Shown one piece after another: positions 38,286 through 47,353 of a stretch of 64,000 nucleotides of DNA. The position numbers and the translations under genes are program-made. The notes under the pieces were generated by a model. The model saw nothing but the letters and a program-made list of their open reading frames with translations, was not told the DNA's origin and made no database searches. How positions within the stretch are numbered: position 1 is the first letter of the stretch; each line of letters opens with the position of its first letter. This DNA is from Cyclobacteriaceae bacterium (GTDB taxonomy: Bacteria > Bacteroidota > Bacteroidia > Cytophagales > Cyclobacteriaceae): the NCBI GenBank assembly GCA_044227305.1, contig JBGAFJ010000003.1, positions 89,667 to 153,666 on the forward strand, in the 5' to 3' direction.

Positions 38286-39551
38286 GTGAGCAGGACCACC
38301 CTTCGCATCGTGATCATTCTGGCGGCCGTGAGCATTGCCGGTACAATTTTTACCCAGATCTATTGGGTAAGAAAGGCTTTTGACCTGCGCGAAAATCAGT
38401 TTTACCGTGATGTCAATCTGGCACTCGGTAGTGTCGCAGAAAAGATTTTCGAAATCAACAAAACGCCATCACCTGCTAATAACCCCGTGTCTCAATTGTC
38501 GACGAACTACTTCGTGGTGTTAGTGAACGGCCCCATAGATTCAGGTGTACTGGAGTACTTGCTTGTGTCTGAATTCGAAAAGCGAAACGTGCGCGCTGAT
38601 TTTGAATACGGCATCTATGATTGCGTGGAGCAATGCATGATCGGCGGCAATTACATCTCACCGCAAAAGGCAAAGGTATCATCCAATTTTCCGCGGACCC
38701 CGCGGATGAACAAAGACGGTTATTACTTCGCTGTGCAATTCCCGTTGGTGGAAGCAAACCTCCTGGGCCAGATGGGAATATGGACTTTCTCATCAGCGGT
38801 GATGCTGATCGTCATTCTGTTTTTCTCCTACACGATGTTCGTGATCCTGAAACAAAAAAGACTGTCTGAGATCCAGAAGGATTTTATCAATAACATGACG
38901 CACGAATTCAAAACCCCGATCTCGACAATTGCCATATCGACGGAAGTTTTGAAGGATCCAGGCATCGTAAAAACGCCTGAGCGGCTATTGAACTATGCGA
39001 CGCTGATTGAAAACGAAAACCGCCGGCTGAAGCAACAGGTTGAGCGCGTGCTTCAGATGGCGCAACTAGACAAAGAAGATATCGGCTTAAAAAAAGAAGT
39101 TACCGATGTTCACGAGTTGATTCACACCGCCGTGAAGAATAATGCGGTGGCAGTCGGGGCGAAAGGCGGAGAAATCGTTCTCGACCTGGAGGCCAAGTCA
39201 CCCAGGGCGTCAATCGACGCGCTGCATTTCACAAACGTGATCTACAATCTGATCGACAATGCGATCAAATACAATCACGAGATTCCTAAAATTGTTGTGG
39301 CCACGCGTAACGTCAACGGATACCTTAGCATCAGCGTAGGTGATAATGGCATTGGTATCTCTCCCGACGATCAAAAGAAAGTCTTTCACAAATTCTACCG
39401 TGTACCCACCGGCAACGTTCACGACGTGAAAGGATTCGGACTCGGATTGCACTATGTAAAACTCATTGTGGAAAAGCATCATGGAAAGATCTCACTTGAA
39501 AGCATTCCCGGAAAAGGAAGTAAATTCACCATCGTTATTCCTCAGCAATAG
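38286..39551 (+). CDS. Sensor histidine kinase (RprX-like)
   Basis: Two TM segments, FINNMTHEFKTP H-box, NLIDNAIKY, DNGIGI and GFGLGL motifs. GTG start. Confidence 0.93.
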   Translation: MSRTTLRIVIILAAVSIAGTIFTQIYWVRKAFDLRENQFYRDVNLALGSVAEKIFEINKTPSPANNPVSQLSTNYFVVLVNGPIDSGVLEYLLVSEFEKRNVRADFEYGIYDCVEQCMIGGNYISPQKAKVSSNFPRTPRMNKDGYYFAVQFPLVEANLLGQMGIWTFSSAVMLIVILFFSYTMFVILKQKRLSEIQKDFINNMTHEFKTPISTIAISTEVLKDPGIVKTPERLLNYATLIENENRRLKQQVERVLQMAQLDKEDIGLKKEVTDVHELIHTAVKNNAVAVGAKGGEIVLDLEAKSPRASIDALHFTNVIYNLIDNAIKYNHEIPKIVVATRNVNGYLSISVGDNGIGISPDDQKKVFHKFYRVPTGNVHDVKGFGLGLHYVKLIVEKHHGKISLESIPGKGSKFTIVIPQQ

Positions 39552-39552
39552 G

Positions 39553-40233
39553 ATGGCCGCTAAGATTCTTCTCGTTGAAGATGACCCGAGTCTCGGATTT
39601 GTCATCAAAGATAACCTGTTGATGAAAGGATATGACGTCACCCTCTGCATCGACGGTGTCCAGGGACTTCAGATTTTTGAAGAATTCGACTTTGACTTGT
39701 GCATCCTCGATGTCATGATGCCGAAGAAAGATGGTATCACCTTGGCGCAGGACATCCGCGAAAAGAATCGCAACATCCCGATCTTATTCACCACTGCCAA
39801 ATCGATGCTTGAAGACAAGATCGCGGGCTTCTCTGCCGGCGGCGACGATTATATCGTGAAGCCGTTCAGCATGGAGGAACTTTGCCTCCGCATCGAAGTC
39901 TTCCTCCGGCGCTCAACCAACCAAAACGCGGCGGAGTCTTATGTGCTTGGTCAATACAAGTTCGACTGTAAAAACATGGCGCTGATTCATCCAAAAGGCG
40001 AAAAAGTGCTCACACAGAAAGAAGCAGAAGTTCTCAAACTCCTGTGCCAACACAAGGATCATGTGTTGAAGCGTGAGGAGATCCTGAAAGCCGTATGGGG
40101 CGATGACGACTATTTTATGGGAAGAAGTCTGGATGTGTTCATCTCAAAACTGCGCAAGTATTTGAAAGAAGATCCTTCCGTGGAGATCGCGAATTATCAT
40201 GGGGTGGGATTTCGGTTGGAGATAAAGTCTTAG
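39553..40233 (+). CDS. OmpR-family response regulator (RprY-like)
   Basis: MAAKILLVEDD, LDVMMPKKDG, DDYIVKPF and winged-HTH GRSLDVFISKLRKYL. ATG at 39553, 1 nt after the kinase. Confidence 0.95.
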   Translation: MAAKILLVEDDPSLGFVIKDNLLMKGYDVTLCIDGVQGLQIFEEFDFDLCILDVMMPKKDGITLAQDIREKNRNIPILFTTAKSMLEDKIAGFSAGGDDYIVKPFSMEELCLRIEVFLRRSTNQNAAESYVLGQYKFDCKNMALIHPKGEKVLTQKEAEVLKLLCQHKDHVLKREEILKAVWGDDDYFMGRSLDVFISKLRKYLKEDPSVEIANYHGVGFRLEIKS

Positions 40234-40299
40234 TTGGCAGTTGACAATTTCTCGCTACGCGAGAACAGTTGCGCAGCGAAGGGCTTGTCAACTGTCAAC
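40232..40299. repeat. CAGTTGGCAA-family hairpin overlapping two stop codons
   Basis: gttggcagttgacaa ... ttgtcaactgtcaac arms enclosing TTCTCGC-tac-GCGAGAA. Confidence 0.75.
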
Positions 40300-41454
40300 C
40301 CTCCTACTTCCGGAATACAACTCATACTCCATCAGTCTACAGTCGATCATGGCGTTATAAAACTCAACACGACGACTTGCTTTTAATCCGATCTTCTTCG
40401 CGAGGTCGAGATTCCCCGTAAAAATATACCCAGTGTACCCCTGGCATTTCTTTTTCATGAAATCACCGATGCGGGCATAAGTTTGTTCCAACTCGACAAT
40501 ATCTCCAAGGCGATCGCCGTATTCCGGGTTGAAATAGATGACGCCGGGCATTTCCGGGACATTCGTTTTTTCAAAATCACACACATCGAAATCGATCATT
40601 TCCTCAACCTCTGCAATTCCTGCGTTCACTTTTGAAATCTCAACGGCATCGTCACTGATGTCTGTAGCAATGATTTTCAAATCGGTGGCATCTATCACCT
40701 GCGAGTCGATGCGTGCATATTCGTCGCGATACATCACCCCATCATATCCCTTTATATGCATAAAGGCATAATTTGATCGATACAAACCCGGCACTCGATT
40801 CGTCGCAATCAGGGCCGCTTCAATGGCAATCGTAGACGATCCACACATTGGATTCACGAGGGGCGATTTTCTATCCCACTTTGTCGCGAGCAGCGTTGCC
40901 GCAGCAAGCCCCTCTAGCATGGGTGCCTTTCCCGGAATCTTCCGGTACCCGTGTTTTGCCAACGTCTCACCGGATGTGTCAAGAAATATTTCAGCATGAT
41001 CGTCCTTCCAGAAAAGATTGATCACCGTCTGATCGAGTTCTGGGCCTGAGTCCGGACGTTTACTGGTTTCCCGACGAATGCGATCGGCAATTGCGTCTTT
41101 GACTTTCACATTCATGAACATGGAGCTGTTCACCGTAAAGTGATCGACGTTGCTCGTGATCGAAATATAGCCCTGGTCGGGAATGATATTTTCCCAGGGG
41201 TAACGGATCAGGGTGTTGTAAACATCCTCTGGATTGCTGGCGCGAAATTTCTTTAACGAGAACAGCACCTGGCTTGCGCACCTGAGATTAAGATTGAGCC
41301 GGATACAGTCTTTGAGTGTCCCCTTTAGTTCGACCCCAGTCTGAAATAGCCGCTCTGGAGTAAATCCCAGTGCCTCAACTTCCATTTTGACATAAGGCGC
41401 AAGTCGTTTCTTACAGGTAACGATGATTGAACCGGGTTCGTTGAAACTGATCAA
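40288..41454 (-). CDS. THUMP-domain class I SAM-dependent RNA methyltransferase (RlmL-N / YpsC-like)
   Basis: LNLRCASQVL, LDTSGETLAKHGYR, APMLEGLAA, NPMCGSSTI and NPEYGDRL motifs. Confidence 0.9.
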   Translation of the reverse strand: MISFNEPGSIIVTCKKRLAPYVKMEVEALGFTPERLFQTGVELKGTLKDCIRLNLNLRCASQVLFSLKKFRASNPEDVYNTLIRYPWENIIPDQGYISITSNVDHFTVNSSMFMNVKVKDAIADRIRRETSKRPDSGPELDQTVINLFWKDDHAEIFLDTSGETLAKHGYRKIPGKAPMLEGLAAATLLATKWDRKSPLVNPMCGSSTIAIEAALIATNRVPGLYRSNYAFMHIKGYDGVMYRDEYARIDSQVIDATDLKIIATDISDDAVEISKVNAGIAEVEEMIDFDVCDFEKTNVPEMPGVIYFNPEYGDRLGDIVELEQTYARIGDFMKKKCQGYTGYIFTGNLDLAKKIGLKASRRVEFYNAMIDCRLMEYELYSGSRRVDS

Positions 41455-41476
41455 TGGAATGAATTAAAGATGTAAA

Positions 41477-42146
41477 ACTCGGAATATTAAATACAAAACA
41501 GAAAAATGAGCCACGGAAGACACAGATTAACACGGAGAACTCATCCCGGTCTTTCCGTGTCATCCGTGGCTAAAAATTAATTGAGCACGTCCTTCAACAC
41601 CTGCACCGAGTTCACCTCTCCGAAATTATGAATATGCTCGGAATAATAAATACAAGAAAAATATTTAGCCACGGAGGACACAGATTAAACACGGAGAAAT
41701 ACAAAAAATCATCCGTGTCCTTCCGTGTCTTCCGTGGCTAACAAAGATCAACTCAGCACATCTTTCTACACCTGCACCGAGTTCACCTCTCCGAAATTAT
41801 GAATATGCTCGGAATAATACATACAAGAAAAATATTTAGCCACGGAGGACACAGATTTACACGGAGAAATACAAAAATCATCCGTGCCTTTCCGTGTCTT
41901 CCGTGGCTAACAAAGATCAACTCAGCACATCTTTCAACACCTGCACCGACTTCACCTCTCCGAAATTATCAATGTGCTCGGAATAATAAATACAAGAAAA
42001 ATATTTAGGCACGGAGGACACAGATTTACACGGAGAAATACAAAAAATCATCCGTGTATTTCCGTGGCTTCCGTGGCTAACAAAGATCAACTCAGCACAT
42101 CTTTCAACACCTGCACCGACTTCATCTCTCCGAAATTATCAATGTG
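41477..42146. repeat. Four-unit tandem array (159-171 bp): AT-rich linker, ~70-bp hairpin and a copy of the last 60 nt of recO
   Basis: Units start at about 41477, 41636, 41807 and 41976. Hairpins TAGCCACGG...CCGTGGCTA at 41509-41572, 41666-41740, 41837-41909 and 42006-42079. recO-tail copies at 41577, 41748 and 41917, plus the gene itself at 42087. Confidence 0.95.
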
Positions 42147-42752
42147 CATCGCATAAAATCGTAACAAACTTTCCAGTAGATTCTTCCGGCTGGCATAACT
42201 CAGGCTCACGTTATCCTTCAGATCCGCCTTCAAAAGTTTTTCCAACGCGGGTTCGTCTTCTTTCTCCACCAGCCACACACCCAATACGTCGTCCTTATTC
42301 TGGGGACCGAACCCCAGGTAGTGACTGAGTTTAATCAGAAAGATCAAATGAAAGTTTTCGGGCGCCTCTGATTCATCAAGACTAATCAGTGCGCCGATCA
42401 AAAATTCACAAATTTCCTCCGCGTGACTCTGATCCTTAACCGCCTTGTTTAATATCTCATTAACAAAAAGCGCAATCGCAGATTTTCTGATGTCACTGGT
42501 GAGTGATTGGTATGAGTGGATACATTTCACTTCCTTGATGCGGAGTATACTTGCGTTCTCACGATAGTAAACCACAAGGTCCAGCAAAGTCAAAGGCTGA
42601 AACAGGGCAATCTTATTTTTTGCAGACTTGCTCCTTACACCGTTGACGATGTAGCTCTGCAGACCAAACTGAGCAGTGAAAATATTTACGATGATGGACG
42701 TCTCACCGTATTTGGTGAACCTGAAAACAACACCACGCGTTTTGTGAAGCAT
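42087..42752 (-). CDS. recO: DNA repair protein RecO
   Basis: MLHKTRGVVFRFTKYGETSIIVNIFTAQFGLQSYIVNGVR OB-fold start, LFQPLTLLDLV motif, and C-terminal FGEMKSVQVLKDVL. Confidence 0.93.
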   Translation of the reverse strand: MLHKTRGVVFRFTKYGETSIIVNIFTAQFGLQSYIVNGVRSKSAKNKIALFQPLTLLDLVVYYRENASILRIKEVKCIHSYQSLTSDIRKSAIALFVNEILNKAVKDQSHAEEICEFLIGALISLDESEAPENFHLIFLIKLSHYLGFGPQNKDDVLGVWLVEKEDEPALEKLLKADLKDNVSLSYASRKNLLESLLRFYAMHIDNFGEMKSVQVLKDVLS

Positions 42753-42778
42753 ATCTCGGTGATCGTGTAACGGAAGCC

Positions 42779-43375
42779 TTATCGCTTCTTGTTCTTTATA
42801 CCTTCCACAAAGGCTTTACGACTCCGCGCTTCATATTTGTCTTTTTCTCCAAGAACAACTTGTCCTTTGCTGTCGGTTAATCGATAAGAAAAAGAAGCAA
42901 GCTCCCCGGTCTGTGCACAAATGGCGTGCACCTTCGTTACAAACTCCGCAACCGCGAGTAGGTTGGGCATCGGACCGAACGGCTTTCCCTCAAAATCCAT
43001 ATCCAGCCCGGCCACAATTACGCGCTTGCCCGAATTAGCGAGCGAGTTACACACATCGACAATGCCTTCGTCAAAGAACTGTGCTTCATCAATGCCCACC
43101 ACGTCGCAATCGCCGGCGAATAACAGAATATCGCTTGCAAAATTGACTGGCGTCGACCGGATCTCTCGCTCGGCGTGGGAGACAATTTTCACATCGTGGT
43201 ATCGCTTGTCAATCGAAGGCTTGAAAATCTCCACATGCTGTTTCGCAATTAAGGCACGGTTCAGCCTGCGAATGAGTTCTTCGGTTTTACCCGAGAACAT
43301 GCAGCCACACACTACCTCGATCCAGCCCGCGCGGCTCCCCTCGTCCTTTTTACCCAATTGTGGCTCGATGAACAT
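42779..43375 (-). CDS. tdk: Thymidine kinase
   Basis: [26 protein letters not shown]...PFGP and YEARSR motifs. Confidence 0.95.
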   Translation of the reverse strand: MFIEPQLGKKDEGSRAGWIEVVCGCMFSGKTEELIRRLNRALIAKQHVEIFKPSIDKRYHDVKIVSHAEREIRSTPVNFASDILLFAGDCDVVGIDEAQFFDEGIVDVCNSLANSGKRVIVAGLDMDFEGKPFGPMPNLLAVAEFVTKVHAICAQTGELASFSYRLTDSKGQVVLGEKDKYEARSRKAFVEGIKNKKR

Positions 43376-43429
43376 TCTGCAATTTAATCGCTGCCATCAA
43401 ATAGTTGATGGTTGTTAGAGCGTGAATCG

Positions 43430-43437
43430 TAACTTTG
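43430..43437 (+). promoter_or_regulatory. Bacteroidota -7 box (TAACTTTG)
   Basis: TAnnTTTG 26 nt upstream of the ATG at 43464. Confidence 0.55.
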
Positions 43438-43463
43438 GTTTGGGGCCTGTAAAGGCACAATTC

Positions 43464-44612
43464 ATGAGTCTGAAAATACATTCCCGCCTGCCTGAAGTTG
43501 GCACTTCCATTTTCACCGTTATGTCAAGGATGGCCGTGGAGCATGGTGCCATCAACCTTTCACAAGGGTTCCCCGATTTTCCCGTCTCCGCTGAGTTGAT
43601 CGAGTTGATCAACCAGGCGATGAAAGACGGGTATAATCAATACGCACCTATGCCCGGCGCTCCTGCCTTGAAAAAAGTGATAGCCGATGTTGTCAAGTTG
43701 ACCTACAACCACACCGTGGATCCGGATACGGAAATCGTCGTAGCAGCAGGCGGAACAGAAGCCATCTTTTCGAGCATCGCCGCGCTGATCGGTGCCGGTG
43801 ACGAAGTGATACTCTTCGACCCTTCTTACGATTGCTACGCTCCTTCCGTTCGGCTCAATGGCGGAATTCCGGTTTACATCAATCTGAATCCGCCGGATTT
43901 TTCCATCGACTGGGATCTGGTGAGATCGAAGATCACGGCCCGTACGAAAATGATCATGATTAACACACCGCACAATCCAAGTGGTGCGGTCTTGCTGGAA
44001 AATGATTTAAAAACCCTGGAAGCACTGGCGCTGAAACACGATCTCATCGTGCTGAGTGATGAAGTCTACGAGCGTCTTATTTTCGACGGCTTCGAACATC
44101 AAAGCGTGCTGAAATATCCCGCACTCGCTTCACAAAGCATTGCGGTCTTCTCTTTTGGGAAAACTTTTCATGCCACCGGATGGAAAGTAGGTTATACAGT
44201 CGCACCTGCCAATCTCACTGCTGAGATAAGAAAAGCGCATCAGTTTGTTACGTTCAGCGTGAATACTCCCGTGCAGATGGCGCTGTCGCAATACATGACC
44301 GATCCTGCGCACTACACGAGTCTTGGAAAATTCTATCAGCAAAAAAGAGATTTCTTCCTTGAGCAGATAAAAGGCTCTTCGTTTGAGCCGATGGCATGTC
44401 ATGGCAGCTACTTTCAATTGCTGTCCTATGGAAACATTTCAGACAAATCTGAAAAAGAGATGGCCGAGTGGATCACCAAAGAGCACAAGGTCGCGTCCAT
44501 ACCGGTTTCTGCATTTTATAATGACAAGACAGACAATAAACTGCTCCGCTTTTGTTTTGCGAAAAAAGAGGAAACGCTGGAAAAAGCAGGACAGATTTTG
44601 AAAAAGTTGTAG
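43464..44612 (+). CDS. ybdL: PLP-dependent aminotransferase, methionine aminotransferase YbdL-like
   Basis: SRLPEVGTSIFTVMS, AINLSQGFPDF, NQYAP, NTPHNPSG, SDEVY and SFGKTFHATGWKVGY motifs. Confidence 0.88.
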   Translation: MSLKIHSRLPEVGTSIFTVMSRMAVEHGAINLSQGFPDFPVSAELIELINQAMKDGYNQYAPMPGAPALKKVIADVVKLTYNHTVDPDTEIVVAAGGTEAIFSSIAALIGAGDEVILFDPSYDCYAPSVRLNGGIPVYINLNPPDFSIDWDLVRSKITARTKMIMINTPHNPSGAVLLENDLKTLEALALKHDLIVLSDEVYERLIFDGFEHQSVLKYPALASQSIAVFSFGKTFHATGWKVGYTVAPANLTAEIRKAHQFVTFSVNTPVQMALSQYMTDPAHYTSLGKFYQQKRDFFLEQIKGSSFEPMACHGSYFQLLSYGNISDKSEKEMAEWITKEHKVASIPVSAFYNDKTDNKLLRFCFAKKEETLEKAGQILKKL

Positions 44613-44615
44613 ACC

Positions 44616-45425
44616 ATGCAAGATCTCTCAATTACTCTGATCCAATCCACTCTTCACTGGGAAAACTCTACCGCGAACCTCGCCATGTTTGAAGAGAAAA
44701 TCTGGAAAGTTGAAAAGCCAGCAGACATCATCGTACTTCCCGAAATGTTTTCAACGGGGTTCTCCATGAAACCTGTCGGCCTCGCGGAGATGATGAATCA
44801 GAATACATTCAAATGGATGAAACAGATGGCTGCCCAGACCGGTGCGCTCATCATCGGAAGTTTCATCTGCAAAGAACAAAATAATTTTTTCAATCGCCTT
44901 CTGTGGATGGAACCCGGTGGTCATTACCGGACCTACGACAAAAGGCACTTGTTCCGTATGGCCGATGAACACAAAGTGTACACACCGGGTGAAAGCAAAT
45001 TCATCGGCACGTGGAAGGGATGGAATATTTTTCCGCTGGTGTGTTATGACCTTCGATTCCCCGTGTGGAGTCGCAACGGTTGGAACTCGGCTGATAAACG
45101 TATGAACTACGATGTGATCGTTTATGTTGCGAACTGGCCCCAGCCGCGAATCTCGCAATGGGATACTTTGCTTCGCGCTCGGGCAATCGAAAATCTGAGC
45201 TATGTGGTGGGTGTGAATCGCGTTGGCGACGACGGTCCCGATGGCCATCGGGATAAAGTCCCGTATAATGGTCACTCTGCGGTGATCGGTCCGAAAGGCG
45301 AAGAGATTTTCGTTGCCGGCGAATCAGAAACTATCAAAACGGTTAAGCTCGAATATGAACCTTTGATCGCCCACCGTACAAAATTCCCTGCCTACCTGGA
45401 TGCCGATAATTTTAGTATAGATTAA
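44616..45425 (+). CDS. Nitrilase-family omega-amidase (YafV-like)
   Basis: LPEMF, YDKRHLF, VCYDLRFP, ANWP and RAIEN motifs. Paired with the aminotransferase, as in the transaminase/omega-amidase pathway. Confidence 0.9.
   Translation: MQDLSITLIQSTLHWENSTANLAMFEEKIWKVEKPADIIVLPEMFSTGFSMKPVGLAEMMNQNTFKWMKQMAAQTGALIIGSFICKEQNNFFNRLLWMEPGGHYRTYDKRHLFRMADEHKVYTPGESKFIGTWKGWNIFPLVCYDLRFPVWSRNGWNSADKRMNYDVIVYVANWPQPRISQWDTLLRARAIENLSYVVGVNRVGDDGPDGHRDKVPYNGHSAVIGPKGEEIFVAGESETIKTVKLEYEPLIAHRTKFPAYLDADNFSID
45236..45253. repeat. Perfect 18-bp palindrome TCCCGATGGCCATCGGGA inside the coding sequence
   Basis: Self-complementary. Read in frame as PDGHRD (45237-45254). Related degenerate copies at 35882 and about 38251. 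Confidence 0.85.
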
Positions 45426-45427
45426 AG

Positions 45428-45640
45428 ATGACACAAAGACGCCGAGGCACGAAGTGGCACGAAGATATGCAGTGCCCAATGCCCCATGCCAGTGTCGGTG
45501 TTTCTTCACCGTGCCGGTGTCGGTGTTCTTCACCGACACGAGTGAACTCTATGCGTTGGTGAAGAACACCAACGCTGGCAAAGTGCGAAGTGGCACAAAG
45601 ATTTACGACGCCGCCAATTGCCAACTGCCACCTGCCAACT
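45428..45640. repeat. Composite intergenic repeat cluster (CACGAAG, GGTGTTCTTCACC and TTGCCAACTGCC motifs)
   Basis: ggcacgaagt ggcacgaag; gtgtcggtg-ttctt-caccgacac hairpin, with an inverted ggtgaagaacacc copy; ttgccaactgccacctgccaact. Confidence 0.7.
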
Positions 45641-45648
45641 TACCTTTG
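45641..45648 (+). promoter_or_regulatory. Bacteroidota -7 box (TACCTTTG)
   Basis: TAnnTTTG 16 nt upstream of the purH ATG at 45665. Confidence 0.55.
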
Positions 45649-45664
45649 GGCTCAATTTCCCCGC

Positions 45665-47191
45665 ATGACCCCCAGAAAGATCACCCGCGCCCTCATTTCA
45701 GTTTTTTACAAAGACCATCTCGAACCCATCGTACGCACACTTGCAGCACAAAACGTGGAGTTTGTCTCAACAGGCGGTACACAGGAATTCATAGAAAAGC
45801 TTGGATTCAAGGTCACGCCGGTTGAAAAACTAACGGGATACCCATCGATCTTCGGCGGCCGCGTTAAAACCCTCCACCCCGCCGTGTTTGGAGGCATCCT
45901 CTATCGTCGCGATGATAAAACCGACCTAAAACAAGCGGAGGAATTTAAAATCGCGCCTATCGACCTGGTCATCGTCGATCTGTATCCCTTTGAAGAAACC
46001 GTTGCGAAAGGCGGAACCGAAGATGAGATCGTTGAAAAGATCGACATCGGGGGAATCTCCCTGATCCGCGGAGCGGCCAAGAATTTCAATGACGTGTGGA
46101 TTGTCTCGTCGCGGGATCAATACGCAGAAACTCTTGACTTGCTGAAAGCAAACAATTGTTCATCGGATATCGCAGTCAGAAAGCGATTTGCGGCGATGGC
46201 ATTCGACGTCACATCACATTACGATTCAGCCATCTTTAACTATTTCAATAAGGAACAGGATCTCCCAAGATTCAAATCGAGCTATCAGACAGGCAAAGTG
46301 CTTCGTTACGGTGAGAACCCTCATCAAAAAGGAATCTTCTACGGTCAGCTCGACGCGCTCTTCGAGCAACTCAATGGCAAGGAGCTTTCGTACAACAACC
46401 TCGTCGATGTAGATGCTGCGGTTAACCTCGTGGCGGAATTCGAAGATGAAACGGCGTTCGTCATCATCAAGCACACCAATGCTTGCGGTGTAGCCACAGC
46501 CTCCACGGTGAAAGAAGCTTATGCGAAAGCCTTCCAGGCCGACACCCTCTCCGCGTTCGGGGGCGTGCTCGCGTCAAACAAACCGATTGACCTTCCTGCC
46601 GCGGAAGCGATGCACTCACTTTTTTTTGAAATCCTCATCGCGCCGGATTATTCACCGGAGGCGCTGGCGTTACTCAACACAAAAAAGAACAGGATTCTTC
46701 TTAAGCAAAAGCAGCCGTTAACCCATCCAAAGCAGGTGAAGACTTTGCTCAATGGCGTCATCGAACAGGACTATGATTGGAAAACGGATGCAGCGGCCGA
46801 CCTGAAAGTGGTAACTAAAAAAGCACCTACTGAATCACAGATAAAAGACCTTCTTTTTGCCAGCAAAATCTGTAAACACACCAAGTCCAACACCATTGTG
46901 TTGGCTGTTGATGGTCAGCTGCTGGCGAGCGGCGTGGGGCAGACCAGTCGCGTGGATGCGCTGCGTCAGGCAATTGAAAAAGCGATGACCTTCGGATTCT
47001 CACTGAAGGGCGCTGCCATGGCGTCGGACGCCTTTTTTCCCTTCCCTGACTGTGTTGAAATCGCCTATCAACAAGGAGTGGAGGCTGTCATTCAACCCGG
47101 CGGTTCAATCAAAGACCAGGACTCAATCCAGTTTTGCGACGAGCATGGAATGACCATGGTGTTCACAGGATTCCGTCACTTCAAGCATTGA
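45665..47191 (+). CDS. purH: Bifunctional AICAR transformylase / IMP cyclohydrolase
   Basis: RALISV, STGGT, GGRVKTLHP, IDIGG, LRYGENPHQ, KHTNACG, GQTSRVDA and ASDAFFPF motifs. Confidence 0.97.
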   Translation: MTPRKITRALISVFYKDHLEPIVRTLAAQNVEFVSTGGTQEFIEKLGFKVTPVEKLTGYPSIFGGRVKTLHPAVFGGILYRRDDKTDLKQAEEFKIAPIDLVIVDLYPFEETVAKGGTEDEIVEKIDIGGISLIRGAAKNFNDVWIVSSRDQYAETLDLLKANNCSSDIAVRKRFAAMAFDVTSHYDSAIFNYFNKEQDLPRFKSSYQTGKVLRYGENPHQKGIFYGQLDALFEQLNGKELSYNNLVDVDAAVNLVAEFEDETAFVIIKHTNACGVATASTVKEAYAKAFQADTLSAFGGVLASNKPIDLPAAEAMHSLFFEILIAPDYSPEALALLNTKKNRILLKQKQPLTHPKQVKTLLNGVIEQDYDWKTDAAADLKVVTKKAPTESQIKDLLFASKICKHTKSNTIVLAVDGQLLASGVGQTSRVDALRQAIEKAMTFGFSLKGAAMASDAFFPFPDCVEIAYQQGVEAVIQPGGSIKDQDSIQFCDEHGMTMVFTGFRHFKH

Positions 47192-47303
47192 TTTTTGTTC
47201 GGGTAAAAAGGTCGAACAGTCAAGAAATTCCATGCCATACCCGGGTTAAGATTCAAGTAAGATAAAAAGGGTTAACGATCATCAAATCACCTTTTTATTT
47301 CGC

Positions 47304-47311
47304 TAATTTTG
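47304..47311 (+). promoter_or_regulatory. Bacteroidota -7 box (TAATTTTG)
   Basis: TAnnTTTG upstream of mreB. Confidence 0.5.
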
Positions 47312-47353
47312 GTGCGATTTTAATTGCCTACCAAAGAGAACCTAAACTTAAAG

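Noticed and set aside
41477-42146. CRISPR array interpretation of the recO-linked repeats
   Set aside because: Units are ~170 bp and homologous along their whole length, with no unique spacers and no cas genes in the window.
41577-42146. Diversity-generating retroelement (TR/VR at a gene 3' end plus hairpin)
   Set aside because: No reverse transcriptase or avd gene is in the window, and differences between copies are not confined to adenines on either strand.
41799-42156. 69-aa and 60-aa plus-strand ORFs in the array
   Set aside because: They arise from the repeated non-coding unit and have no coding signature.
43394-43411. CCATCAA-atag-TTGATGG inverted repeat between the divergent tdk and ybdL genes
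   Set aside because: A single 7-bp-arm repeat with no supporting copy or regulator; too weak to call.
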